A program made the position numbers and the translations under genes. A stretch of DNA of 64,000 bases from Naegleria gruberi (lineage: Eukaryota). Below the pieces are notes generated by a model, which saw nothing but the letters and a program-made list of their open reading frames with translations, was not told the origin of the DNA and did no database searches. Where the stretch lies: NCBI GenBank assembly GCA_000004985.1, contig GG738883.1, one strand, 5' to 3'. Shown here piece after piece: positions 1 through 10,200 of the stretch (positions are counted from its first letter, which is position 1; each line of letters begins with the position of its first letter).

Positions 1-293
1 ATCCATTGCTGTTTGGATGTTCAGTTTTTGGTAATATTCTCTACTCGTCATCAATTTTCCTCTTTAGTGTGAATGGTTCCTTTCTGTTGTACAAAATTCC
101 ATGGTTGACAAGTAGTTTGGTCAATATTTGTCTTGATTCTTTCATTATTGCACAATACATTTATTTCACATTCATTAAAAAGAAGCAACCACAACTAGAA
201 AACCAAAAAACCTTAGAAAATAGTGAAAAATCTAAATTGGAAATTCAAAATGAAGAAAGAATTGAGAACAAGTTGAAAGATTTAGAAGTTTAA
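1..293 (+). CDS. 3' end of a CDS that begins upstream of the window; hydrophobic C-terminal fragment, family unknown
   Basis: Frame is open from window position 1 to the TAA at 291-293 (track ORF 6..293). It has hydrophobic segments (IFLFSVNGSFLLY, LVNICLDSFIIAQYIYFTF) followed by a K/E-rich tail. No motif recognised. Confidence 0.3.
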   Translation, partial: PLLFGCSVFGNILYSSSIFLFSVNGSFLLYKIPWLTSSLVNICLDSFIIAQYIYFTFIKKKQPQLENQKTLENSEKSKLEIQNEERIENKLKDLEV

Positions 294-599
294 TGTTTCT
301 TCCTTATACTGCTTTCAAGTTTTGCAATTCCACAATACATGAACAATTCGAAATTAACATAGCATCATACCAATCATATATGCTTTGTTATCCAAAAAAA
401 CAATTCCCTCAATAAGATAATCTCTTTCAATAATAAATATGAGAAAGTGGGAAAGTTTAGTTTTTTCAAAATTCTAATTGTCTAAAGTTTTTAATGGGAG
501 TGTCTACTGTTCCAAAACCGATTCTAATATCTTCAAGTTGAGTTCATCATTTTGTTCTTCATCTCTCTTTTCTGGTATCTATTTTGACAAGAACAAAAA

Positions 600-2334
600 A
601 TGAAACAACAACGTTTATTCCTGTTTCTGATTGGTGCTATCGCTTTTATTTTACTTATTGTTTATCTACAATTTATCAACAACAAAACAACACCATCCAC
701 TTCTCACATTTCTTCTAACTCTCCTCCGACAACAACACACGAGAGAAAGAAAGTAGACGAAACTAGAAATACACAACAGGTTGTTGCAGCAGAAGAGAAA
801 GAAACTTCATCATTGCCAGGATCACACGTAAAGGAAATTAAAGTTCCAAAAATCAGAGACGATTCTTACTATGCAAGTGGTTTGAAATATTTCGATGCAT
901 TCGAAAAAACACAAAATGTTGAAGCTAAATTAGCCGACATGGACACATCCAACATGAAAGATTTAATCTTTACTACCCAATTCAATCAAAGAATGAACAA
1001 GGGACAATTTATTGATAGAAGATTCGACAAGACACTTTATACATTTTCTAATGGAAAGGTCAAGGTAAATCATCCGAATCTGAAGGTGCATGTAAAATTC
1101 TCACCTGATGAATACAAAGATGATCATCTTCACTATCCAATCTCAACAGATGCCACCATTGATAGGTATTGTATCAGAGATAGTTTCTGTCAAGGTGTCG
1201 GTCAAACAATGTGTCAATTGTGTGATTCTAAAAAACCAAAACTTGAAAGCAAATACTTTTATACTTCATGGTGTTACAAACCAAATATTGATTTTACATT
1301 GGTTTCAGTGGATAATGGTATTTTAGATTATGGAGCTCATCATGAAATTGTGAGATTTAATGTTTTTGATGCAAATGCAAATGTGTTTTCAATGCCTGGT
1401 GGAAGTCCAATTGAAATTCATAGTGGAGGATGGAGTGTTGAATATCATGCTCAATTGGGAACAATTGGTAATGTGTGGTATCCTGATGGTATGTTCTTTT
1501 CATAATCATTCTTTTTTTTAATTCATGTTTTGCATTTTGTAATCTTAATTTTTGTAAAATGTGAAAATTCAAGCTCTTGGACATTTTCCAAATGAAATTC
1601 TTTTGAGAATTGTCTTTTTACACATTCATCTCCCTCTCGACATTCCAATCATTTATCATGATGGTCCATTTGCAAACTCAATTATGGATTCTCTAATTGA
1701 GAAGGGTTTCTTCCCAAAGGAGAGAAAATTCATCAAAGCAAAGGGTTCAGTTTTTCATGTGGCCAAACGTCTCTATTTCTTCCATTCTAAAGATTATCAA
1801 CACGTTCCAATTACTCCAGATGTTGTGGTGAGAAAGAGTACCGACTATCTGAAACAATTCTTCTATGCCAATGATAATTTGATTCAAAATAATGTCCGAT
1901 TCGACAGGGAATATATTCTAATTGTCGATAGATTGGACGCTAGCTCTAGAGGTATCCTAAATCATGATGAAGTAGTATCAAAAGTCAAAGAATCAGTCAA
2001 AGGAAAGAATATTGACGTTATTTCTGCAAGATTATCCAAACGTCAATTCTTGGAAATTGGTAAAATCTTTTTTGATGCCAAGGCAATCATTGCTCCACAT
2101 GGTGCTGGTCTAGCCAACTTGGTATTTGTGAAATCTGATATTAAATTCATGTTAGAGGTTGGTTGGGTTGGTTCAGATGCTGGAGGTTACTTTGCTCACT
2201 TTTTCTGTGTGGCTAGAGCTATGGGAATTAAGTATTATGCTGTGGCTGCAACTTCTGGAACTTATGGATCACATTTTAGAGTGGATGCTGACGAAATTGG
2301 TGGAATTGTAAGAAAGGAATTTGAAAATTATTAG
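600..2334 (+). CDS. GT61-family (DUF563) glycosyltransferase, type II membrane topology; 2 exons (600..1488, 1574..2334; intron 1489..1573, GTATGT..AG, phase 1)
   Basis: N-terminal signal anchor (LFLFLIGAIAFILLIVYL), then a stem region. Exon 2 carries the GT61/DUF563 signature IIAPHGAGLANLVF followed by VGWVGSDAGGYFAHFF. The frame shifts between track ORFs 600..1505 and 1561..2334, and this is resolved by an 85-nt intron that gives ...WYPD-A-LGHFPNE. Confidence 0.6.
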
Positions 2335-2497
2335 ATTCGAATAAGATTTTAATTTTGGGGTGTTGATTTTTCATTGGATTTCAAGGTATTGTAATCGACA
2401 GAGACTTTCTAATCTCATCAAATTAGAAACGCAGTAACGAAATCTGGGTAAAACCACACATTTGTTAACTCACTCGAGTTCACAACCATTAAAAAAA

Positions 2498-3604
2498 ATG
2501 TCACCACTCAACACATCACTTTTTATTTTTTGCATCTTGGCAGTATTGACACCCACCATTTACTCTCAATATCTTGTTGTCTCCCCTTCCACCTACTTAC
2601 CAGGTCAATACTATGTTACCTTGTCCATGAACAGTAGTTCTCCAGTCAACTTGGGTCACAGCTCCAATACCCAAGCAGCATACACAACTTCAACTGGTTT
2701 CACACTGCTGAGAAGCAACATTTTGAATGGAACCTACTACTTTAGAATAGGTTCAGTTTCGTCCTCTACAGGAAATTACGTAATTTTCAATTCTGCTTCA
2801 ACATTCCAAATTTCTTACAGAATTGGTGAAAGTTTTAATAACTTTTATCCATCTAGCTCAAGCAATTCCTATTCGATTCCTGCCTATGGAACTGAGAGAT
2901 TATATGCTAGCTCTTCCTACAGATCAGGAGAAAGTTATACATTACAATTCAAATCATCCAGAACAACTTCAGTCAAGATTGCATACACTTTCAATATTGA
3001 AACTGAACCATCCTATAGTTCTTATCAAATTACTTCATCCAGATCTGCATCCATTTCCTTTACTGTTCCAACTACTTCCTCTATTTATCCAACTTTTTAT
3101 TTATATATTCAGTGTAATAATGGAATTTCAGATTGTGGAACCATTACAGTTGAGACACCAAGATCTGATGATGCTGGAATGATTATTGGAATTGTGATTG
3201 GAGTTTTCATTTTGTTTATTATCATTTCAGTTGCCATTTCAATTCCATCAGTTATTGCTGCTAAAAAGAGAAGAATGATGGCACTTGCTGCAGTCACAGC
3301 TGCTAGCAAACATGGCGATTTTGCCACCACAAATAATGCAATTGTGCAGCCAACCATGCCACCTGGAGCCTACCAACCAATGGTTCAACAAATTCCAACA
3401 ATGCCACCTGGAGCTTATTACAATCAACAACAACCATCAACCATGCCACCTGGAGCTTATCAACCAATAATGGTTCAAAATCAAATGACAGTTCAAAATT
3501 ATCAGCCCTATGTTGTGGATCCACAAGTTCAACCATATAGTGGTCAACTACAATATGGAAATCAACCAATGCCTGCATTCAATCCTAATGTAGATCGTGT
3601 ATAA
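2498..3604 (+). CDS. Type I membrane glycoprotein, paralog A: signal peptide, S/T/Y-rich ectodomain, CxxxxxC juxtamembrane loop, TM, P/Q/Y-rich tail ending PAFNPNVDRV
   Basis: Track ORF 2462..3604. The likely start is the ATG at 2498 in an aaaaaaaATG context (MSPLNTSLFIFCILAVL signal peptide). TM is IIGIVIGVFILFIIISVAISIPSVIAA followed by KKRRMMALAAVTAAS. The tail carries three TMPPGAY repeats. Confidence 0.6.
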   Translation: MSPLNTSLFIFCILAVLTPTIYSQYLVVSPSTYLPGQYYVTLSMNSSSPVNLGHSSNTQAAYTTSTGFTLLRSNILNGTYYFRIGSVSSSTGNYVIFNSASTFQISYRIGESFNNFYPSSSSNSYSIPAYGTERLYASSSYRSGESYTLQFKSSRTTSVKIAYTFNIETEPSYSSYQITSSRSASISFTVPTTSSIYPTFYLYIQCNNGISDCGTITVETPRSDDAGMIIGIVIGVFILFIIISVAISIPSVIAAKKRRMMALAAVTAASKHGDFATTNNAIVQPTMPPGAYQPMVQQIPTMPPGAYYNQQQPSTMPPGAYQPIMVQNQMTVQNYQPYVVDPQVQPYSGQLQYGNQPMPAFNPNVDRV

Positions 3605-4608
3605 TACGATATACTTGTTAAACTAGATTTATAATACTTTGAAAGTTTTTTTCATTCCACTTGATTTGAAACTTTTTCCCGCCTCATTAATAAATAAGGG
3701 ACAAAAAAAATGTCTCAAAATCCATCCGCCGAAACACTGCTATACATTAGACAGTGTGCTTCAGTGACATCCATGTTAAATCATTTTCCTTTCTTGAATT
3801 TTATGATTGAATTCTTTCACTCCTTGGGAGTTGAAGTTAAGGTAGACGACTATTTGAGATGAGAATGGACAAATTCTTGTTAATCAATTGCTGGCTATTA
3901 GTTTGGAAAATTTCAACATGTGTGGAATAGTTTCAAGTGACCTATCCAGAGAAAGTGAAGAGGAATGGAGAAGCTGTATTTTTATTTCGCAATTATGCAA
4001 CGAAGAAATAGGAGGCATAGAAAATTCTCACTTTGTTTTATCATACACGGCAGAAAAGTTACTTTCTGTTATTCTACCAAAAATTTGATTGTAGACCATT
4101 TCGTATTCAATAAGATTCAAACTTGGGACATTTGTAATGTGGATCATTTCATTGAAATAGTTGGATGTCTTTTTAAATTTACCAATTTTTCTTGGTGCCA
4201 TTTACCTAATCCATTTGGATACAAATCTAGTGCTATTCGTTGTTCTTCCCTAGCTGTTGGTTATTATGAAGAAGAGTTGAAAGAAAAGATAAGATCCAAA
4301 GAGAGAAGGGAGCTAATGAAAGAAACATTGCATAGAATTGAAAAGAAGTACAAACTAGGGCATACTCCAAAAACAAAGAAACAATTAGATTTGTGACTGA
4401 TAACGTAATTGAAAAATTGTTGAATTGTGCAATTAATAAATAACGTTTACAATGACTTCATCATGCAGAACCATTATTTGAATATCATCAAATTGTCAAA
4501 TGGAACCTTATAAAAGTTTACAAACAAGAAAACTCTAGAATGGTATTGGATTTTCAAAACAGCTCATTCAAATTCGAATCCTACTTTCCAATAACTTATT
4601 TTTAAAAA

Positions 4609-5874
4609 ATGTCCACTCGAGTCAACCAACACCACTCTCTAATTTTTTACTTCCTTGTTGCTGCTGGTGTTCTTACTCTCATCCACTCACAACTTGTTGC
4701 TGCAGTAAATGCAGCCTCTGGCTACGTCTATCCGAAAAATTATCTGACTCTCAATGTGAATAGTGGTGTTTATTCCGTTTCCTTCTCATCGAGTTGTTCA
4801 CTCGTGTTGGGTTATATTTCGTACAGTAATTATAACGATCTGGACAAATTGGCAACCTCTGTTCCTTCTACTTTCACTGTAATTTCAAAGGGTACAACCT
4901 ACTATTCAAACTCGTACAGTTATTATTCCTTAGATTCGAATTATTATTTTGTACTATTTAATAATGGATCATCCAACAGTTGTTATGCTAGCACATTTAG
5001 TGTGGCTTTGGAAATGAATACTTTATCATCCTCCACTCGTTCATTTACACTTCCCTATGGAATTACAAAAACCTTTTCCAATATTTATAGTTATAATAGA
5101 TTGGTTGTTACTTCCTCCAGTAGTTCTTCAATGAGTTTGTACTACAAGTCAGACTATTCATATTCTACACCAACAACAACACCAAATAGTTTGAGTCTTT
5201 ATAGTATTTCTAGATATGGAACTGCAAATATTCCATTGAGTACTTCTCGAAGTTCTTCGTATACCTCATATGTGTATCTTTCATGTGGTAATATTGGTGG
5301 TTGTCCTGTTACTTTATCTCTTGATTCAGATGGTAGTGATTCAGGTGCATCAACTATTATTGGAGCTATTGTTGGACCAATTGCATTTGTTGTAATTTTC
5401 ACATTCATTGTAATCATTTCAGTTGTTTCAACATGTGTGGCAAGAAGAAGAAGAATGCTGATGTTGGCAGCTGCCACTTCAGCTGTTGCAACTACAACCA
5501 CTTACTCAACTCAACCAACCTATGTTCCTGTCCCAACACCAGTTTCAACCACAACAACCACAACTGAAAACACAACTGTTTATGTTCCACCACCAGTTAC
5601 AACGACAGCTCAACAACCTTATAATCCAAATCAAGGTTACATTCCTCAACCTGGTGTTCCACAACCTTATAATCCAAATCAAGCTTACTACTCACAACCA
5701 CCAACTAGTCAACCGTATCAATCATATCAACCATATCAACAATATCAACAACAACAACCAAATACTCAACCTCCACCTTATTACAATCCTGGAGTTGGTG
5801 TCTACCCAACAAACAATGTTCCAGCACAACAAGAACCAAGGCCAGCTTTCAATCCAAATGTCGATAGTGTTTAA
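4609..5874 (+). CDS. Type I membrane glycoprotein, paralog B: same architecture as 2498..3604; tail ends PAFNPNVDSV
   Basis: Signal peptide LIFYFLVAAGVLTLIHS, S/T/Y-rich ectodomain, a CGNIGGCP loop, and TM IIGAIVGPIAFVVIFTFIVIISVV followed by ARRRRMLMLAAATSAVA. The tail is rich in PYNPNQ/QPY repeats and contains a PPPYY (PPxY) motif. The C-terminal 10 residues are near-identical to paralog A. Confidence 0.6.
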   Translation: MSTRVNQHHSLIFYFLVAAGVLTLIHSQLVAAVNAASGYVYPKNYLTLNVNSGVYSVSFSSSCSLVLGYISYSNYNDLDKLATSVPSTFTVISKGTTYYSNSYSYYSLDSNYYFVLFNNGSSNSCYASTFSVALEMNTLSSSTRSFTLPYGITKTFSNIYSYNRLVVTSSSSSSMSLYYKSDYSYSTPTTTPNSLSLYSISRYGTANIPLSTSRSSSYTSYVYLSCGNIGGCPVTLSLDSDGSDSGASTIIGAIVGPIAFVVIFTFIVIISVVSTCVARRRRMLMLAAATSAVATTTTYSTQPTYVPVPTPVSTTTTTTENTTVYVPPPVTTTAQQPYNPNQGYIPQPGVPQPYNPNQAYYSQPPTSQPYQSYQPYQQYQQQQPNTQPPPYYNPGVGVYPTNNVPAQQEPRPAFNPNVDSV

Positions 5875-6163
5875 AATTATTTCTAATTGAATCAATACAT
5901 GAATAGGATCAGTTCTTAATATTGGACTCGGTCAATTAACAAAACAACATTAAAATTCTTTCAATTTTCTATTCTGGACCAGAATATTAACACAAACCTT
6001 ATCCTCTTATCCACCTTCCAAATCTCATCTTTGAAATGTCTTTTGAATTGACCATTAAGTTATGGCTTACACAACCCTTAGGACATTGTAAGAATCTAGC
6101 TTGCTACGGACAATTCAAAAAATGCTAAAAATAAAAAAATTAATCAAATTCTTTTAAAAAAAA

Positions 6164-7861
6164 ATGGCTTCCACTGCACTCCGTGTTGTTTATAACAATT
6201 TGATTGAACATGTCAGAAAGTACAAGATTCTCCAATCGGTGAATGCTCTTGCTGATTGGGATGAGTTAGTCATGATGCCTCCAAAGGGTGCTGAATCAAG
6301 AGGATTGCAAAAGACTGTCTTGGCTTCTTTGACTCACGATTTGCAAACTTCTCCACTCATTGAAAAGTATCTTTCGGAATTGGTAACTACTCAAGATGAT
6401 CAAAAGATTGTAGTGAAGAATGATTCCGAATTTGATGAATATGAAATTTCCAATATTATTCTCATCCATAAGGAATTTATAAGAAATACTAAAATTACAA
6501 AGGAATTGGTTGAGAGAGCTTCTGAATTATCTAGTCGTGGATATCATCAATGGGTTGAAGCTAGAAAGAAAAGTGATTGGACCTTGTTCCAAGACACTCT
6601 CCAAGAATGGGTTAACATTCGTAAGGAAATGAGTTTGTTGATTGAACCAAATCAAAATATTGCTGATACTTTGCTTGACGAATATGATCCTGGAATGACA
6701 TGTGAACAAGTTGCTCAAGTTTTTGAAGATGTCAAGAAGGAATTGATTCCACTCATTCAAGCCATTAGAAAGAAGGTTGAAGAAAATCCAGAAAAATACA
6801 GTGATGCTTCCTTGCTTGCCAAGATTCAAGCTGGTGCAGATGAATTGTTTGATCAAAAGGAACCGTTCCCAGTTGAAAAGCAAACTGAACTCTCCAAGCA
6901 AGTAGCTCAAGAATTAGGTTTCGATTTTGAAATGGGTAGATTGGATGTCAGTGTTCACCCATTCAGTACTTCATTCTCAACCAATGATGTCAGAATTACT
7001 ACCAGATATAATACTAAGGAATTCGTTAATGGTTTGGGTATGTTTTTTTGATGAATTATTGAAATTTATTTACCACATCATTTGGATAATTTGATTATCA
7101 TCATATAATTTACATTATCTTATTCTTGAATAATTACAGCTGGTACTGTACACGAAACAGGACACTCACTCTATGAAGCTGGTCTCAATCCACTCTATGC
7201 CTATCAACCAGTTCAATCTGCTCTTGGTACTACCATCCACGAAAGTCAATCCTTGTTCTGGGAAAGACATGTTGGTTTGAGTAAGGGATTCTGGAGAAAG
7301 TGGTTGCCAGTTGCTGAAGAATTGTTCCCATACTTGAAGCAAAAGAAATTGAGCGTTGATGACATTTACAGATCTGCCAATACTGTCACCCTCAATAACT
7401 TTATCAGAATTGAAGCTGATGAATTGACCTATCCAATGCACGTAATTCTTAGATTTGAAATAGAAAAGGGATTATTGGATGGATCAATCAGTGTTGCTGA
7501 TGTTCCAAAAGTTTGGAATGCCAAAGTTAAGGAATATTTGGGACTTGATGTTCCAAATGATGCTAAGGGTGCTCTCCAAGATGTCCACTGGAGTTCAGGC
7601 GCTTTTGCCTATTTCCCAACATATCTTCTTGGTGCTATGGCCTCTGCTCAAATCTCTGCATCCATTCCAGATTTTGAAAAACACATTGAAGAAAATAACT
7701 ATGCCTTCTTGAAGAATTGGTTGAATGAAAACATCCACAAGAGAGGTACTGTTACATTGACCTCTAACAAGTTGCTTAAGGAAGCTACTGGTTCTGAATT
7801 GAATCCAAAGATCTTTGTTAACTATCTCAAGACTAAATACAGTGCTCTCTATGATCTTTAA
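6164..7861 (+). CDS. Metallocarboxypeptidase, peptidase family M32 (carboxypeptidase Taq-like); 2 exons (6164..7037, 7140..7861; intron 7038..7139)
   Basis: M32 N-terminal region (LADWDELVMMPPKGAESRGLQKTVLASLTHDL). The HEXXH zinc motif HETGHSLYE and the downstream IHESQSLFWE motif sit just after the splice junction (...NGL-A-GTVHETGH...). Distal conserved block DVHWSSGAFAYFPTYLLGAM. Confidence 0.8.
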
Positions 7862-8027
7862 AATAAAATTATCATTACTTTCAAATGAAAATTAGTTTGA
7901 AAATTAGAGAATCTATTTTGATCTTGTTCAATCAATATTGATTTCTATTTTCAATCAACAAAGATTACATCAAAATGATTATCTTAAATTTTACAAAATT
8001 AGATAATCTAATTTAATTAATAAAAAA

Positions 8028-8696
8028 ATGATTAGAAGAGCTTGCTCCATTTGTGCCGGTGTCAAACCTGTCAAATTTACAAGCTTCTCCCTGATACCTC
8101 GTTTCATACATTCAGCATCGGAACGACATTTTCATGTAAATCTAAATGCACAAACAAAAGATACTTACCTTCATCTGATGCAACGAGATTATGAAAAACC
8201 AACCTTTTCCACACTCAATATTACTATCCAAGATTGCAAAGAATGGAAGGAATTGGAATTTTTCAAGGCCATGGGTAGAACCATTCCAAGAGGAGGAGCT
8301 GGTTTAGCAAGAGGCGAATTGGAGATACTCCTCAAATCTAGGGAGGTTATGAATCCTATTGATGGTGAATTTCTCATTAAAGTTTCACAAGTTTTGGAGA
8401 AGAAAGGTTCATATGCAGCTAGAAAATATGTGGAATATGAATTGAGAACTGATCCAACAATTGCTAAAAAGATTGTTGATTGGGTAGAAGAGAAATCGAA
8501 AAGAGATGATACAAGTGGAGGTGGTGGAGAAGTAATTACCGATACTAGCTCACCAAATATTCCTCCCAGAGAACGAAAGGAAAAGGAACAAGAAACTTAT
8601 GACGATGAGCAGGAATGGATTGATGATTTTGGTGGAGGATTGGATGGTGGTGATGGTGGTGGTGATGGAGGGGGTGATGGTGGAGGAGGTGATTAG
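8028..8696 (+). CDS. Hypothetical protein with a basic N-terminus resembling an organellar presequence and a C-terminal (GGGD)n low-complexity tail
   Basis: Single 222-aa ORF starting in an aaaaaaaATG context. No family recognised. The C-terminus is GGGLDGGDGGGDGGGDGGGGD. Confidence 0.4.
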   Translation: MIRRACSICAGVKPVKFTSFSLIPRFIHSASERHFHVNLNAQTKDTYLHLMQRDYEKPTFSTLNITIQDCKEWKELEFFKAMGRTIPRGGAGLARGELEILLKSREVMNPIDGEFLIKVSQVLEKKGSYAARKYVEYELRTDPTIAKKIVDWVEEKSKRDDTSGGGGEVITDTSSPNIPPRERKEKEQETYDDEQEWIDDFGGGLDGGDGGGDGGGDGGGGD

Positions 8697-8846
8697 TTCT
8701 CATTCGTTTTTTGATCTAACAATTATCCAAAATTACTCTTTTTTTCCTTTTATATTCATAGGCTGTAGATTTCAAAAAAACAAACTGTAATTTGTGTTCG
8801 TTACGTTTTTTGATGGAATTATAAATATTATAAATATAAAAAAAAG

Positions 8847-9687
8847 ATGCCAAAGAACAATGCACCTTTCATGATTAAGGTGCAGTTAGGAAATAAAAAG
8901 TCAGGAGTGGTTGTGGATCCTAGTCATGAATTTTCTAGTTTTGCTCTTCATCAGGTTTTACATTTTACTTCAGAGCAACGTTTGTTTGTCAAGGTTTGTT
9001 GTTATTGTAGTAACGAGTTGATTCATCAAGTTTATCATCATTTCACCTTATTTCATATTGAAAATTGTTGTATGGAATTGATGATTTGATTTAAATGTGG
9101 ACCATTCAATAATATATTTAGGTTTTGGCTCTTGAGGATGAGGAAAATAAATTGAGGATTTGTTTTCATCATGATCCGAACATTAGAATGGGAACTTACT
9201 TGATGAAGGAACAATTGATTAATGATTTAAAGCCGAACAAGGTTTATACACTGATTATTCAGGATACTAGAGATGTAAAAGTGGAAGATCTAACAACAGA
9301 GGAATTGGATGAAATCAAACGACTGTTCGATGAAATGGATAAAGGTAGAGTAGTTATTAATAACAACTCTTAAGGAAAACTCTAATGTTTGAAAATGTAG
9401 ATAAATCTGGATGTATTTCACTATTGGAAGTCAAGAACTTTTACAAAAATGAAATGGAAATCAATATGAGAGTGAGTCGTAAAGTTGCCGATAGAAAGAT
9501 TCAAAAACATGTAATATTTAGAGAAAGATATGAAAAGGACTATGAAAATGATTGTAAATTTTTCAAATCCATCATGGACAGTAACATTTCTCATTTTATG
9601 CAACAGGATACAGATAATAATTCACGAGTTACATGGGATGAATTTTTGAAACATCAAGCAAAGGTTAAAATTTCACAACGAAGATAA
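8847..9687 (+). CDS. EF-hand calcium-binding protein; 3 exons (8847..8993, 9122..9344, 9401..9687)
   Basis: Three track ORFs in different frames join through GTTTGT..AG (phase 0) and GTAGAG..AG (phase 1) introns. The second junction reconstitutes a canonical EF-hand loop, DKDKSGCISLLE. A second canonical loop, DTDNNSRVTWDE, lies in exon 3. Confidence 0.5.
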
Positions 9688-9795
9688 TCAATATGTATAT
9701 TAATGTTAGATGGTTACATCATCAACACTTCAACACTAAGCAAACACTAAAACATCATCTTTCCAATAAATTTGATTCATTCCTTTGTGATTGTA

Positions 9796-10002
9796 TTAGC
9801 AATAACGTTTCCTTCCACTAAGCAACACAAACCTCAAAGAACGGATTAAGAAGCCACTCAATAATTCAACGCCACCATAAACAGCCTCCTTAATACGAGA
9901 ACTATCAATTAATGAATAATTTCCAGAACAATTTTTCGCTTTGTAGACTTGTATGTTCCCCATTTTCTCCAAATATGAACCTTCCATGAATAAAGAAGGC
10001 AT
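9796..10002 (-). CDS. Small hypothetical ORF (68 aa) between two plus-strand genes; possibly part of a short spliced gene
   Basis: Track ORF only. Upstream on the minus strand there is an acceptor-like ...aattcag and a second ATG-initiated segment (MKMKAKERVDVATYDVVVEMQ). No family recognised. Confidence 0.2.
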   Translation of the reverse strand: MPSLFMEGSYLEKMGNIQVYKAKNCSGNYSLIDSSRIKEAVYGGVELLSGFLIRSLRFVLLSGRKRYC

Positions 10003-10200
10003 TTCTTCTGAATTGGGTATTAATTGTGTTAGACACTAGTCCTGCATTTCAACAACAACATCATAGGTGGCGACATCCACTCTCTCTTTTGCTTTCATTT
10101 TCATTACCTGGGCAATTATTCATCCTGATTCATCCAAACTAAGAACCAAATTAAAGGCTAAATAATAATACTTCAAAAACTCATAAAAAAACATACAACA

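Noticed and set aside
3965-4396. Plus-strand 143-aa ORF in the paralog A/B spacer
   Set aside because: The N-terminal two thirds read like non-coding frame (RRNRRHRKFSLCFIIHGRK). Only the last ~40 residues look protein-like. It overlaps a minus-strand short ORF with a better start context. It is retained only as an unresolved region in the findings.
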